Counted from the first letter of the stretch, positions 22,742 to 32,757 are shown. The stretch: DNA of 64,000 nucleotides from Kiritimatiellia bacterium (GCA_017458625.1 JAFTAH010000138.1:1877-65876), one strand, 5' to 3'. Program-made: numbers and translations. Notes: a model not told the origin generated them from the sequence alone.

Positions 22742-22809
22742 CCCCTGAAGCTCGCCCCCTCCCCTCCCTCTCCCTCCCTCTCCCCCCGCTTTTCGCCCCT
22801 CAAATTGTA

Positions 22810-22825
22810 GTGATTTCACGTCAAA
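22810..22825 (+). repeat. Polar intergenic motif copy
   Basis: GTGATTTCACGTCAAAACATTGGTTTTTTG. Confidence 0.9.
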
Positions 22826-23061
22826 ACATTGGTTTTTTGCCTGTTTTCCCTTTCCCACGCCCTTGCCTCCCGGGGGTGCGCCCCCCCCGTTCTTCGCCCT
22901 CCGCCCCCCTCGCCCCCTCTTCGCCGTCCCCCTTTGTCCCCCCTCGCCCCCATCGTCCCCATTGTCCCCGCCGTCCTCTCCCCGCCCCTTCGTCCTCCTC
23001 CTCTCCACCTGTCCCAGTGGTCACAGCCCCCCCATGCGCCTTTCCCCGTCCCCCAATTATC

Positions 23062-23080
23062 GTGATTTCACGTGAAAACA
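23062..23080 (+). repeat. Polar motif copy, variant with perfect TTTCACGTGAAA palindrome
   Basis: GTGATTTCACGTGAAAACA. Confidence 0.85.
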
Positions 23081-23159
23081 ATCCCATTATTCCTTTTTTC
23101 TTGCCTTCCCCGTCTCTCTATGTAATCATCCGTTCATCATCAACGAAAGGATGCCTCCC

Positions 23160-23912
23160 ATGCCCCGCAACCGCCACCCCTTCGCCCGCTCCCGCGGCCC
23201 CAACCGCCACTCCCCCGGCTTCTACCACCGCCGCGAGGCACTCGCCCGCGCCGAGGCCGAATACGTCTGCAAGACCTTCCACTTCGGACTTGGCGGCGAC
23301 CTCGCGACCGCATTCGCGGAACTCGTCGTCGGCGGCGCCTGGATGCTGGTGGGCAGCATCTTCCTGCTGGGCATGAATGCCATCAAGGCGCAGACGTCCA
23401 GACACCGCCGGGCCGCCATGGAGCGCCAGATGGCCCAGGCCAACCTCCCCACCCCCGCCGCACTCGAGGCCCGCTGGCACCGCACCAGGCGCAAGTCGCT
23501 CCAGGAGGCCTTGCGCCTCGGTGCCATGCTCATGCAGATTGCCGACACCACCTCCAACACGATTCAGCTGGACAAGAACGGCAAGCTGGCCGGGCGTGGC
23601 GCCGGACTGAAAGGCTGGCTACAGGCCTATTGCCCCAGCATCCCCTATCCGACCGCCATGCGGTACAAACGGATGGCTGAACGTTTGCTGATGCTCCTCT
23701 CCATCGAGGGCAAAGGGGCAGGTGTCGCGATGGATTGGGTTCTGCCAAAAGCCAGTCAGCCCTCCCCTCGAACCCAGATCCCAGGCAAGGCGGGCCGGGA
23801 GATTGCCCAGATCCAGGCCTGCGTGGGCAAGCTCCTCGAATTTCACCCCAGCCAGCGGAGCCTGCTCGCCCTGCTGAAGCGGGCGCTGGTCCGGGCAGGA
23901 AAACTCGCGTAG
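23160..23912 (+). CDS. Hypothetical basic protein with DUF3102-like segment
   Basis: SD GAAAGGA 8 nt before ATG 23160; LRLGAML...GLKGWLQAYCPSIPYPTAMRYKRMAE resembles the DUF3102 G.W..WL...C......A.RYM..A pattern. Confidence 0.6.
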   Translation: MPRNRHPFARSRGPNRHSPGFYHRREALARAEAEYVCKTFHFGLGGDLATAFAELVVGGAWMLVGSIFLLGMNAIKAQTSRHRRAAMERQMAQANLPTPAALEARWHRTRRKSLQEALRLGAMLMQIADTTSNTIQLDKNGKLAGRGAGLKGWLQAYCPSIPYPTAMRYKRMAERLLMLLSIEGKGAGVAMDWVLPKASQPSPRTQIPGKAGREIAQIQACVGKLLEFHPSQRSLLALLKRALVRAGKLA

Positions 23913-23940
23913 GGAAAAGTGAATTATATGAATTATCGTG

Positions 23941-23959
23941 TGTTTTCACATAGAATCAT
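23941..23959 (-). repeat. Polar motif copy, reverse orientation, degenerate
   Basis: Minus strand CTCCAAAAGCT-ATGATTCTATGTGAAAACA. Confidence 0.7.
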
Positions 23960-24128
23960 AGCTTTTGGAGGCTCCGGGGAACCGCATGTCCGCGCGCCAT
24001 ACAGGACACGGTGCGAGGCCTTTTGACTTCACCTCGGCCACCGCGAATTGGGCATTGCACCGCCTGCCAGGGAAACGCTAGAATAGCGAGGTGGCCAAGG
24101 TTTTGGCTACAGCGAAAGGACAGACGAG

Positions 24129-25553
24129 ATGCAAATCCAGGTTGCGGACCAGCGGGCACAGGACATCATCGAACGATTTCTGGAGATTGCGGCCATTCCG
24201 CGCGCCTCCGGCCACGAAGGTGCCCTCGCGCAATACCTCCTGGACTGGGCGGCCGCGCGACATCTCCGGTCCGAGCAGGACAAGGCAGGAAACGTCCGCA
24301 TCGACCTGCCCGCGACCGCCGGCCGTGCCGCCGAGGGGGCCATCCTCCTCCAGGCGCACATGGACATGGTGGCGGCCCCGGATCCCGACGGCGTGCCAGC
24401 ACCCGTCCTCGCCCCCGATGGCAAGACCCTCCGCGCCCGCCACTCGACGCTAGGCGCGGACGACGGCATCGGCATCGCCATCATCCTCTCCATCCTGGAC
24501 AGCCCCCCCGCCAGCCATCCCGCCCTCCGCGCCCTGTTCACCGTCGAGGAGGAGACCACGATGGCCGGCGCCGAAGCCCTGTCCCCGGACTGGCTGGCAG
24601 ACGCGCAAGGCCTCCTGAACATCGACTGGGAGGAAGCCGGCGTCGCCTGCGTGGCCTCGGCCGGCTGCAAGCTCCTGACCCTCAGCCGCATGTTCGAGAG
24701 TTGGACGCCCGTCTCAGCCGCCCACGCCTACTCCGTCGCACTGCGCGATTTCCCCGGCGGCCATTCGGGGCTGGACATCGGCCGCGGCATCCCGAATCCG
24801 GTGCTGGTGCTGGCCCGCGCCATGTCGCTAGGCCTGGAGGTGCTCGCCCCCCGGCTTCACGCCTTTGTCGGCGGATCCGCGCACAACGCCATCCCCCAGA
24901 ACGCCATCGCGACCTTCACCTCCGACCATCCCGAGACGCCCCGCTACCTGACCGTCCTCCGCGCGGCCCTGCTGGCGAGCGCCCCGCCGCAGGCCTCCAT
25001 CCCGGTCGGCCCCCTTGGCACTGCGGCGCGAGCCAGCGTGCTCTGCCTTTCTGCGGCCGACTCGGCACTTTTCCTACAGTTCCTGGGCCAATGTCCTGCC
25101 GGGGTGCTCAAGGCCAACGCCGACGGCTCGCCCGCCATCTCTGCCAACGTCGGCATCGCCTCCCTGATGAACGCCGTCCCCGACGCCCCCGCCCAAGTCG
25201 TCGTCAACATCCGGGCCCACGAGACCGCCGAACTCGACGAATGGTGTGCCGTCTACCGCCGCCTCGGCGCGGAATACGGCTTCGACTGCTCTGCCCCGCA
25301 GGGTGCCCCGCCCTGGAACCAGAAGCCCTCCGCCTGGGTCGACCGCGTCCTCGCCCTGGGCGGCGCGGGCTGGCGGGCCGTCAAGGCGCATGTCGGCCTC
25401 GAATGTTCCGCCTTCGCCCAAAAGGCCCCCGACCTGCCGCTGGTCTCCATCGGCCCCACCGTCCTCCACCCCCACTCCCTCGCCGAAACCTTGGACACCG
25501 ACACCGTCGCCGACATCGCCATCCTCATCCGCACCGTCATCGCAGACACCTAG
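24129..25553 (+). CDS. pepD: M20 family dipeptidase (PepD-like)
   Basis: IPRASGHE, LLQAHMDMV, TLGADDGIG, FTVEEE, GGHSG, HVGLEC, SIGP...PHS. Confidence 0.85.
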   Translation: MQIQVADQRAQDIIERFLEIAAIPRASGHEGALAQYLLDWAAARHLRSEQDKAGNVRIDLPATAGRAAEGAILLQAHMDMVAAPDPDGVPAPVLAPDGKTLRARHSTLGADDGIGIAIILSILDSPPASHPALRALFTVEEETTMAGAEALSPDWLADAQGLLNIDWEEAGVACVASAGCKLLTLSRMFESWTPVSAAHAYSVALRDFPGGHSGLDIGRGIPNPVLVLARAMSLGLEVLAPRLHAFVGGSAHNAIPQNAIATFTSDHPETPRYLTVLRAALLASAPPQASIPVGPLGTAARASVLCLSAADSALFLQFLGQCPAGVLKANADGSPAISANVGIASLMNAVPDAPAQVVVNIRAHETAELDEWCAVYRRLGAEYGFDCSAPQGAPPWNQKPSAWVDRVLALGGAGWRAVKAHVGLECSAFAQKAPDLPLVSIGPTVLHPHSLAETLDTDTVADIAILIRTVIADT

Positions 25554-25621
25554 CGAAAGGACTTTTTGGCTTCCTTTTGGTCCCGCGCCCGCATAGGCTT
25601 CCCCCGTTTTCGCATTCTCCC

Positions 25622-26695
25622 ATGGCTGTTCCCGCTTCCCACTCCATCTCTCCCGCTCCCGCCGCCGCGACGCCGCCCATGCCGCCGCTGCTCGCGGACC
25701 TCCCCCCCTACCTCACCCTTCGCCGCGGCGCCCTCGCCAACGCCGCCGCCCACCTCGACCTCCATCGCCGCGTCCTGGTCGTCACCGATGCCGGCGTGCC
25801 CCCCGCCTATGCCCAGGCCCTCGCCGAGGCCGCCGCCCAGTCCTCGCCCGCCGCCCCTCCCCCCATCCCCCTGACCCTCCCGTCTGGCGAAGCCACCAAA
25901 TGCCCCGCCCTCCTCGCCGCCGTCCACCGCGCCCTCCTCAAGCGCGACTTCACCCGCCGCGACTGCGTCATCGCCGTCGGCGGCGGCGTCATCGGCGACC
26001 TCGCGGGCTTCGCGGCCGCCACCTACATGCGCGGCATCGACTTCTACAACGTCCCCACCACCCTTCTCGCCCAGCTCGACTCCTCCATCGGCGGCAAGAC
26101 GGCCATCGACTTCGAGGGCGTCAAGAACGTCATCGGGGCCTTCCACCCGCCCCGTCACGTCCTCATCGACCCCGATGTCCTCGACACCCTGCCCCCGCGC
26201 CAGCTCCGCGCCGGGCTCGCCGAGGCCATCAAGATGGCGGCCACCTCCGACCCCGCCCTCTTCGCCCTCCTCGAGCGCTCCACCGATCTCCGTGCCGACC
26301 TCCCCGAGATCATCCGCCGCGCCCTCCTCGTCAAGGCGACCGTCGTCGCCGCCGACCCCTACGAGGCCAACCTCCGCCGCGTCCTGAACTTCGGCCACAC
26401 CCTGGGCCATGCCATCGAGGCCGCCGCCCGGGGCGACCTCCTCCACGGCGAATGCGTCGCCATCGGCATGCTCCCCTTCGCCGGCCCCGCACTCCGCCCA
26501 CGCCTCGCCGCGCTCCTCCGGAAATACGGTCTCCCGACCACCTCTCCTCTCCCCCCCGACGTCCTCCGCCCATTCCTCCTCCACGACAAGAAGGCGACCG
26601 CCTCCGCCATCACCGCCGTCTTCGCCGACGAGGTGGGCGCCTTCCGCTTCCAGTCTCTTCCGCCCGACGAAATCCTCGCCCTCCTGCCCCCCTAA
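25622..26695 (+). CDS. aroB: 3-dehydroquinate synthase (alternative start 25679)
   Basis: GEATK, GGGVIGDLAGFAAATYMRG, PTTLLAQLDSSIGGKT, LNFGHTLGHAIE, HGECVAIGM, DKK. Confidence 0.96.
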   Translation: MAVPASHSISPAPAAATPPMPPLLADLPPYLTLRRGALANAAAHLDLHRRVLVVTDAGVPPAYAQALAEAAAQSSPAAPPPIPLTLPSGEATKCPALLAAVHRALLKRDFTRRDCVIAVGGGVIGDLAGFAAATYMRGIDFYNVPTTLLAQLDSSIGGKTAIDFEGVKNVIGAFHPPRHVLIDPDVLDTLPPRQLRAGLAEAIKMAATSDPALFALLERSTDLRADLPEIIRRALLVKATVVAADPYEANLRRVLNFGHTLGHAIEAAARGDLLHGECVAIGMLPFAGPALRPRLAALLRKYGLPTTSPLPPDVLRPFLLHDKKATASAITAVFADEVGAFRFQSLPPDEILALLPP

Positions 26696-26717
26696 GCCTG
26701 CCTCGCCCGACCGCCCC

Positions 26718-27812
26718 ATGAAAAACACTTTCGGCACCGCCCTCACCCTCACCCTCTACGGCGAATCCCACGGTCCCGCCGTCGGCGCCGTCCTCGACGG
26801 CCTCCCCCCTGGTCTTCCCGTCGACGAGGCCTCCATCGCGCGCCGCCTCGCCCGCCGCCGTCCCTCCGGCCCCGATGCCACGGCCCGCCGCGAGCCCGAC
26901 CCCTTCCAGCTCCTCTCCGGCGTCTTCCGCGGCCACACCACCGGCACCCCCCTCTGCATCAACATCCCCAACACCGACACCCGCTCCGCCGACTACCTCC
27001 CCGACCGCCCCCGCCCCTCCCACGCCGACTACGCCGCCCACGTCAAGTACTGCGGCCACCAGGACTACCGCGGCGGCGGCCATTTCTCCGGCCGCCTCAC
27101 CGCCCCCATCGTCGCCGCCGGTGCCATCCTCCTCGACGCCCTCGCCGCCCGCGGCGTCCGCATCGGCACCCACATCCTCCGCTGCGGCGGTGTCCCCGAC
27201 CGTCCCTTCGCCGCCCCCCCCCGCGACCTCGCCAACGACCTCGATGCCCTCGACGCCGCCCCCTTCCCCGCCCTTTCCCCCGACGCCCCCGCCCAGATGA
27301 CCGCCGCCATCCTCGCCGCCAAGGCCGACCGCGACTCCGTCGGCGGCGTCACCCAGACCGCCATCCTCGGACTCCCCCCCGGACTCGGCGAACCCTGGTT
27401 CGACTCCCTCGAATCCCTCCTCGCCCACGCCCTATTCTCCCTCGGCGGCATCAAAGGCATCGAATTCGGCGACGGATTCGCCCTCGCCGACCTCCGCGGC
27501 AGCCAGGCCAACGACCCCCTCTGCACCGACGGCCGCGCCGTCGTCACCACCACCAACCACGCCGGCGGCATCAACGGCGGACTCTCCAACGGCATGCCCA
27601 TACTCTTCCAATGCGCCGTCAAGCCCACCGCCACCATCCCCCGCCCCCAGCCCACCATCGACCTCCGCACCCTCCAGAACGCCACCATCGCCGCCGCCGG
27701 ACGCCACGACCCCGCCATCGTCCGCCGCCTCCCCCCCTGCATCGACGCCCTGACCGCCCTCGTCATCGCCGACCTCCTCTTCCAGCGCCCGCCCTCCCCC
27801 ACCCTCCCCTAA
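26718..27812 (+). CDS. aroC: Chorismate synthase
   Basis: NTFG...GESHG, RPSHAD, RGGGHFSGRLT, NHAGGINGG, KPT, GRHDP. Confidence 0.96.
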   Translation: MKNTFGTALTLTLYGESHGPAVGAVLDGLPPGLPVDEASIARRLARRRPSGPDATARREPDPFQLLSGVFRGHTTGTPLCINIPNTDTRSADYLPDRPRPSHADYAAHVKYCGHQDYRGGGHFSGRLTAPIVAAGAILLDALAARGVRIGTHILRCGGVPDRPFAAPPRDLANDLDALDAAPFPALSPDAPAQMTAAILAAKADRDSVGGVTQTAILGLPPGLGEPWFDSLESLLAHALFSLGGIKGIEFGDGFALADLRGSQANDPLCTDGRAVVTTTNHAGGINGGLSNGMPILFQCAVKPTATIPRPQPTIDLRTLQNATIAAAGRHDPAIVRRLPPCIDALTALVIADLLFQRPPSPTLP

Positions 27813-27883
27813 CGCCCCTCGGCCTCCCGAAATTCCAACCTCCCGCCTCCCCCGTTCACACCCGATTGTCTCCGCCAAATATC

Positions 27884-27899
27884 GTGATTTCACGTCAAA
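27884..27899 (+). repeat. Polar motif copy, with a second degenerate core GTAATCTCACGTGA at ~27906
   Basis: GTGATTTCACGTCAAA between convergent genes. Confidence 0.85.
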
Positions 27900-28035
27900 A
27901 CCCACGTAATCTCACGTGATTATCTCTTGTCGCGGCGAGGAGGGGGCGCATCTCGCGCCCCGGCCTACGAAGTGAACCCCCTTTCCGCCACAACCCGTCC
28001 GACGGAAACAGCCACGGCTTTATCGAAACCAGCGC

Positions 28036-29148
28036 TCAAACTTCGCGGTCGAAGTCGAGGTCGCCCTGCCGGGGGTCCTGGCCAACGTCGCAGTACTTGC
28101 AGTCGAGGCACGGGGCCTGGCCGCGCAGGGAGCGGAGCTTGTTCTTCAGCGCCCAGCTGGCGGGATGCCTCACGTACTTGTGCATGACGGGGCTGGCGGT
28201 GCCCACCATCCAGCAGTTCTTGGGGCATTTGCTCACCATCTGGCGCACGCGCCGGGCCTGGTCGCTCCGCCAGATCGTCATGAAGTCGGCGTCGTGGATG
28301 TTGCCCATGCTCCAGTTCTTCGGGGTGTCGCAGGCAGTGGCCTCGTCCTGCGGCTGGCCGTTCTGGCGCAGTTCGATGCCGTTGCAGGGCATCACCTCGC
28401 CCCAGGGATCGATGAAGAAGTTGGCCATGCCGGCCTCGCAGGGGAGCATCCGGCGGCGGCCGCGGATATAGTTGATGAGCCCCATGTTGAACCAGGCGCG
28501 GAACCAGCTCTTCGGGTGGCGTTCGGCGAGCTGCCAGCGGACGAGCTGTTCGAAGTCGGCGCAGACGACGTCGGTGTTGGTGATGACGTTGTCCGACTTG
28601 TGGAAGTAGTAGGAATTGTGGAAGGCGGCAGTGGCAAATTCCATGCCGAGTTCGCGGGAGAGGCGGTACAGGGCGAGCATGTCGCCGCTGTTGTGGTTGG
28701 AGACGGTGCAGCCGAAGCCGATGTCCTTGAGGCCCATGGCGCGCAGGGCGAGGAGGGTGCGGAGGCCCTTGTCGAAGCCGCCGGGACGGCCCCGGAGCTC
28801 GTCGTTCTTCTGGCTGAGGCCCTCGATGCTGATGCGGATGCCGATGGTGGGAAACCGCCTGGCGAGGGCGAGGACGCGATCCTCGAACCAGCCGCTGGTG
28901 GAGATGACGATGCGGGGGGCATGGCGGTAGCATTCCTCGACGATTTCGGGCAGGTCTTCGCGGACGAACGGCTCGCCGCCGGTCAGGTTGATGAAGCGGA
29001 GGGGCGGCAACGACTTGAAGTCGGCGGCGACGACCTCCTCCTCCTTGCGGGTGGGATACTTCCAGATGTTGCACATCTGGCAGCGCATCGGGCAGCGGTA
29101 GGTGAGGATGAGGCTGGCGTCAGTGGGAGCGGGAACGGAGGTCGTCAT
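28036..29148 (-). CDS. Radical SAM / SPASM domain protein
   Basis: CPMRCQMC (CxxxCxxC), TGGEPF, CEAG...IDPWGEVMPC...GNI, CPKNCW. Confidence 0.92.
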   Translation of the reverse strand: MTTSVPAPTDASLILTYRCPMRCQMCNIWKYPTRKEEEVVAADFKSLPPLRFINLTGGEPFVREDLPEIVEECYRHAPRIVISTSGWFEDRVLALARRFPTIGIRISIEGLSQKNDELRGRPGGFDKGLRTLLALRAMGLKDIGFGCTVSNHNSGDMLALYRLSRELGMEFATAAFHNSYYFHKSDNVITNTDVVCADFEQLVRWQLAERHPKSWFRAWFNMGLINYIRGRRRMLPCEAGMANFFIDPWGEVMPCNGIELRQNGQPQDEATACDTPKNWSMGNIHDADFMTIWRSDQARRVRQMVSKCPKNCWMVGTASPVMHKYVRHPASWALKNKLRSLRGQAPCLDCKYCDVGQDPRQGDLDFDREV

Positions 29149-30275
29149 GGTACAGGCCTTTGAGGTTCAAGCGAATGGTAGACGGCGGCGGTCTGGCGGG
29201 CGATCTCGTCCCAGTCGTATTTCCGCATGTCGTAGGCGACGCGGGCGGGGGCATCGACGGCGAGGAGGGCCTTGAGGCGGGCGGCGAGGGCGGGAATGTC
29301 GCCGGTGGGGAAATAGCATTCGGCGGGAAGGGCGACTTCGAGGTTGGGGGCGATGTCGGAGACGGCCACCGGCAGGCCGTAGGCCATGGCCTCGAGCAGC
29401 GCGATGGGGAGGCCCTCGTGCGACGATGCCAGCACGTAGCCCCTGGCCCCGGTCAGCAGGGCCTGCAGCGGCGGGCCGTTGAGGAAGCCCGGCAGGACGA
29501 TGCCCTCTTCGCGGGCACGGGCCTTGAGCTGCGTGGCATAGGCGTCCTGGAAGTCGGCATCGCCGGCCAGCACCAGCTTGATGCGGCCCTCGCGGACGGC
29601 GGGCACCTCGCCGCGAAGCCGGGCAAAGGCCTCCACGACGTGGTGCAGGTTCTTTTCCGGGACGAATCGGCAGGCCGAGAGGAGGTAGCCGCCCTTTTGG
29701 ATGCCGAGGCGCGCGAACAATGCCGGGTCGTCGGTGGGGCAGGGCTTGGGAGCGCCGTTGGGGATGAGGGCGACATCGGTCCGGCCATGGCGTTTGGCCA
29801 CATGCGTGCGGATCATCTCGGAGATGACGATGACGCGGTCGGCCCAGCGGCAGCCGCAGCGCTCGCCCCAGCGAAGGGCCCAGCGCGCGGGACGGCTCCA
29901 CTTGGCGCGATCGTAGTCGAAGCCATGGTGCGTAAAGACCACCTTCAGGCCCAGCCATTTCGCCAGGGGGACGGCCAGCGCTGGACCGATGGCATGGATG
30001 TGCACCACGTCCGCTCCGCGCCGCCTGGCCTCTCGCACCGCGCGAAAGGTGTGCAGGAACGCCTCCAGCCACTTCTGGTGCGGCGACGGCAGGTCCAGCA
30101 GCTTCACACCCTCCCATTCGCCGTGCGGGGCGTTTGCGGGCACATAGCCGGTCCGCCGCACCACGGTGAGATCGAGGCCCATCGCCGCCAGCCGGGGCAT
30201 GAGCGCCTCGCAATGCGCCTCCACGCCGCCCATGATGTGCGGGATGCCCCGGGTGCCCGTCACGAACACCTTCAT
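29145..30275 (-). CDS. Glycosyltransferase family 4
   Basis: GTRGIP..MGGVE, HGFDYDRAKW, RFVPEK, EGLPIALLEAM; overlaps radical SAM start by 4 nt. Confidence 0.92.
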   Translation of the reverse strand: MKVFVTGTRGIPHIMGGVEAHCEALMPRLAAMGLDLTVVRRTGYVPANAPHGEWEGVKLLDLPSPHQKWLEAFLHTFRAVREARRRGADVVHIHAIGPALAVPLAKWLGLKVVFTHHGFDYDRAKWSRPARWALRWGERCGCRWADRVIVISEMIRTHVAKRHGRTDVALIPNGAPKPCPTDDPALFARLGIQKGGYLLSACRFVPEKNLHHVVEAFARLRGEVPAVREGRIKLVLAGDADFQDAYATQLKARAREEGIVLPGFLNGPPLQALLTGARGYVLASSHEGLPIALLEAMAYGLPVAVSDIAPNLEVALPAECYFPTGDIPALAARLKALLAVDAPARVAYDMRKYDWDEIARQTAAVYHSLEPQRPVP

Positions 30276-30464
30276 GCCCGCCGCCCTCCGCGCCGCCGCG
30301 CCCCGACGCCATCTGCCATTGCTCTCTTCATCGTTTGCCAGTATAGCGGCCGCCCCTGCCCCCGCAAAGCGCGAACTTCGCCGCCTTTTTGATTTCCCTT
30401 CCGTCGCCGGCGCGCTAGACTGGGGGCCGTAACCCACTCTAGCCGAAAGAACCCGGAGTCATCC

Positions 30465-30881
30465 ATGCGCAGAACCGAATCCCGTGCCGCCTTCACGCTT
30501 GTGGAGCTGCTGGCCGTCGTCGCCATCATCGCCATCCTGGCCGCCCTTGTCCTCGGGCTGGCGGGAGTTGCCCAGCGCAATTCCGCCCGCAAGCGCGCCG
30601 AATCCCAGATTGCCCAGCTCCAGGCGTTCGTCGAGGAATACCAGACCAAGTACGGCAAGATCCCCGGCGACCCCAGCAAGAACGAGGCCGAAAACCTCAA
30701 GGCGCTCTCCAACGCCCTCGTCAACGCCAAGCATGCCCTGACGAACCTCCTCGACCCGTGGGACGACCCCTATCACTACAAGGCGGCCTCGAAATTCACG
30801 TGCTACATCTGGTCCACCGCCGGCAACGCCGACGAGACCAACCGCACCGCCTGGATCGGCACGCCCATGCCCAAAGACTAG
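30465..30881 (+). CDS. Prepilin-type N-methylation domain protein (pseudopilin-like)
   Basis: AFTLVELLAVVAIIAILAAL; DPWDDPYHY (GspG-like). Confidence 0.9.
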   Translation: MRRTESRAAFTLVELLAVVAIIAILAALVLGLAGVAQRNSARKRAESQIAQLQAFVEEYQTKYGKIPGDPSKNEAENLKALSNALVNAKHALTNLLDPWDDPYHYKAASKFTCYIWSTAGNADETNRTAWIGTPMPKD

Positions 30882-30896
30882 TCCCGCCGCGCCCGG

Positions 30897-30989
30897 AAAC
30901 ATGTTTCCATTCCATGGAAAAACCCCGGAAACACGTTTCCATTCCATGGAAAAAGTGCCGAAACATAGTTCCATTGCCTGGACAACCCC
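30897..30989 (+). repeat. Tandem array of three 32-bp TTCCA-N5-TGGAA units
   Basis: Units at 30897, 30929 and 30961; ends directly at the murF ATG. Confidence 0.9.
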
Positions 30990-32441
30990 ATGAAGCCTAC
31001 CACGCTTGAAACGCTGGCGTCCTGGTGCGGCGCCGCCTACAGTCCGCCGCGCGACGGGTCGCCGGCCCCCGCCGCCATCACCTCGCTGGCCATCGACTCC
31101 CGCAAGCTCGCGCCCGGCACCCTCTTCTTCGCCCTGCCCGGCGAGCGCGCGGATGGCCACGACTTCCTCGGGGCCGTCGCCCCGGCGGGCGCGGCGGCCG
31201 TCGTGCGCGCCGACTACCCGGAGGACAAGCTGCCGCCCGCCGCCGCGCTGCTGCGCCATCCCGACCCGGCGGCCGCCCTGCTGGCCATCGCCGCCGCCTA
31301 CCGCCGCGAGTTCGCGGGGCGGGCGACCATCGTCGCCATCGCGGGCTCCGTGGGCAAGACGACGACCAAGGAGCTGGTCGCTGACGCCCTGTCCACCGTG
31401 GGACCGACCGTCCGCACCGTGGCCAATCTCAACAACCAGCTCGGCATGCCGCTGTCCCTCGCCACGTTGGGAGAGGACACCCGTTTCGGCGTGTTCGAGG
31501 TAGGCATCTCCCATCCCGGAGAAATGCCGCCGCTGGCGGACGTGTTGCGTCCGGATGCCGTGGTCTTCACCACCATCGGCCCGGTCCATCTCGAATACTT
31601 CCCGTCCGTCGAGGCCATCGCCGAGGAGAAGGCGCAGCTGCTGGACGCGCTGACCCCGGGCGGGCTGGCGGTCCTGGACGCCTCGTCGCCCTATTTTCCG
31701 ATCCTCCGCCGCCATGCGGAAGCGCGCCAGGCCCGCCTCGTCACCACGGCCCCCGAGTCCGCCGGCATTGCCGCCGACTACGTGTCGCGGCCCGACCCCG
31801 ACGCCCCCGGCCAACGCGCCATCGTCGTCGAGACGGCCACGGGCGAGTCCGCCTCCCTGGCGCTGCCGCCGCCGGGGGGCCACATGGTCGCGAACCTGGT
31901 GCCCGCCGTCGCGCTGGCCCGCACGCTAGGGGCAACCTGGGACGAACTCCGCACGGCCTTCGAGACGCCCTCCGCCGCCCCGATGCGCTGGGCCCGCTCG
32001 GTACTTCCCGTCACTGGCATCCACCTGGTCAACGACGCCTACAACGCCAACCCCATCTCCATGCGCGCCTCCATCGAGTCCTTCCTGGCGATGCCGCCGC
32101 CGGCTCCCGCGAGCCGCCGCCACCTGGCCGTCGGGCCGATGCTCGAGCTCGGCAGCATCGCGCAGGAGGCCCATCAGGCGCTGGGGCGGCAGCTCGCGGC
32201 CATTCCGGCCGCCGCTGGCGTCGGTGCCATCGTCGTCCTCGACACCTACCCTCCGGCCTCGCCGCTGGCCCATGCCATCGCCGACGCCTACGCCGCCGCC
32301 CATGGCACGGCCCCGTTGCTCCTGGCCGCCGACTACCCGCCTGCCGCCGACTTCCTCCGCGCCCATGCCGCCCCCGCCGACCTGCTCCTGCTCAAGGCGT
32401 CCCGCGGCCTCCACCTCGAACGTCTGATTCCGCTGCTCTAG
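30990..32441 (+). CDS. murF: UDP-MurNAc-tripeptide--D-Ala-D-Ala ligase
   Basis: IDSR, GERADGHDF, GSVGKTTTKE, NLNNQLGMP, NDAYNANP.SM, MLELG, LKASRG. Confidence 0.95.
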   Translation: MKPTTLETLASWCGAAYSPPRDGSPAPAAITSLAIDSRKLAPGTLFFALPGERADGHDFLGAVAPAGAAAVVRADYPEDKLPPAAALLRHPDPAAALLAIAAAYRREFAGRATIVAIAGSVGKTTTKELVADALSTVGPTVRTVANLNNQLGMPLSLATLGEDTRFGVFEVGISHPGEMPPLADVLRPDAVVFTTIGPVHLEYFPSVEAIAEEKAQLLDALTPGGLAVLDASSPYFPILRRHAEARQARLVTTAPESAGIAADYVSRPDPDAPGQRAIVVETATGESASLALPPPGGHMVANLVPAVALARTLGATWDELRTAFETPSAAPMRWARSVLPVTGIHLVNDAYNANPISMRASIESFLAMPPPAPASRRHLAVGPMLELGSIAQEAHQALGRQLAAIPAAAGVGAIVVLDTYPPASPLAHAIADAYAAAHGTAPLLLAADYPPAADFLRAHAAPADLLLLKASRGLHLERLIPLL

Positions 32442-32480
32442 CGCGGCACGCCCCCCGGGAGGAAGACCCATGCCTTCCCC

Positions 32481-32571
32481 CGCCGCAAGTCGCCCGCCGC
32501 AAATCGCCCGCCGCAAGTCGCCCGTCGCAAGTCGCCCGCCGCTTGTCGCCACTCGCCTGTCGCCACTCGCC
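32481..32571 (+). repeat. 14-bp (2x heptamer) tandem repeat CGCCGCAAGTCGCC, about 6.5 units
   Basis: Read directly from sequence; related 14-bp repeat at 2655-2686. Confidence 0.8.
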
Positions 32572-32601
32572 ATGGGAGGCGTTCGCGTCCCCGGAATCAC
32601 T

Positions 32602-32617
32602 GTGATTTTACGTAAAA
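32602..32617 (+). repeat. Polar intergenic motif copy
   Basis: GTGATTTTACGTAAAACATTGGCCTTTTTCG. Confidence 0.9.
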
Positions 32618-32688
32618 CATTGGCCTTTTTCGCATTTTCCTGCCGGGAAGAAGCGGCAGGCATGGGGATGGACGGGGCGGGGGGCGGA

Positions 32689-32717
32689 TTGACTTTGCGG
32701 GCGGGATGGACTATAAG
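32689..32717 (+). promoter_or_regulatory. Probable sigma70 promoter
   Basis: TTGACT-17-TATAAG upstream of lipoprotein gene. Confidence 0.55.
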
Positions 32718-32757
32718 GGGTGGCGACGCAAGTAGCGTCAATGGAGGAAAGGCAAGC

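Noticed and set aside
23060-23080. Bona fide parS site
   Set aside because: Only the 12-bp core TTTCACGTGAAA matches; the flanks fit the local motif family and no parAB is nearby. Kept only as a comparison
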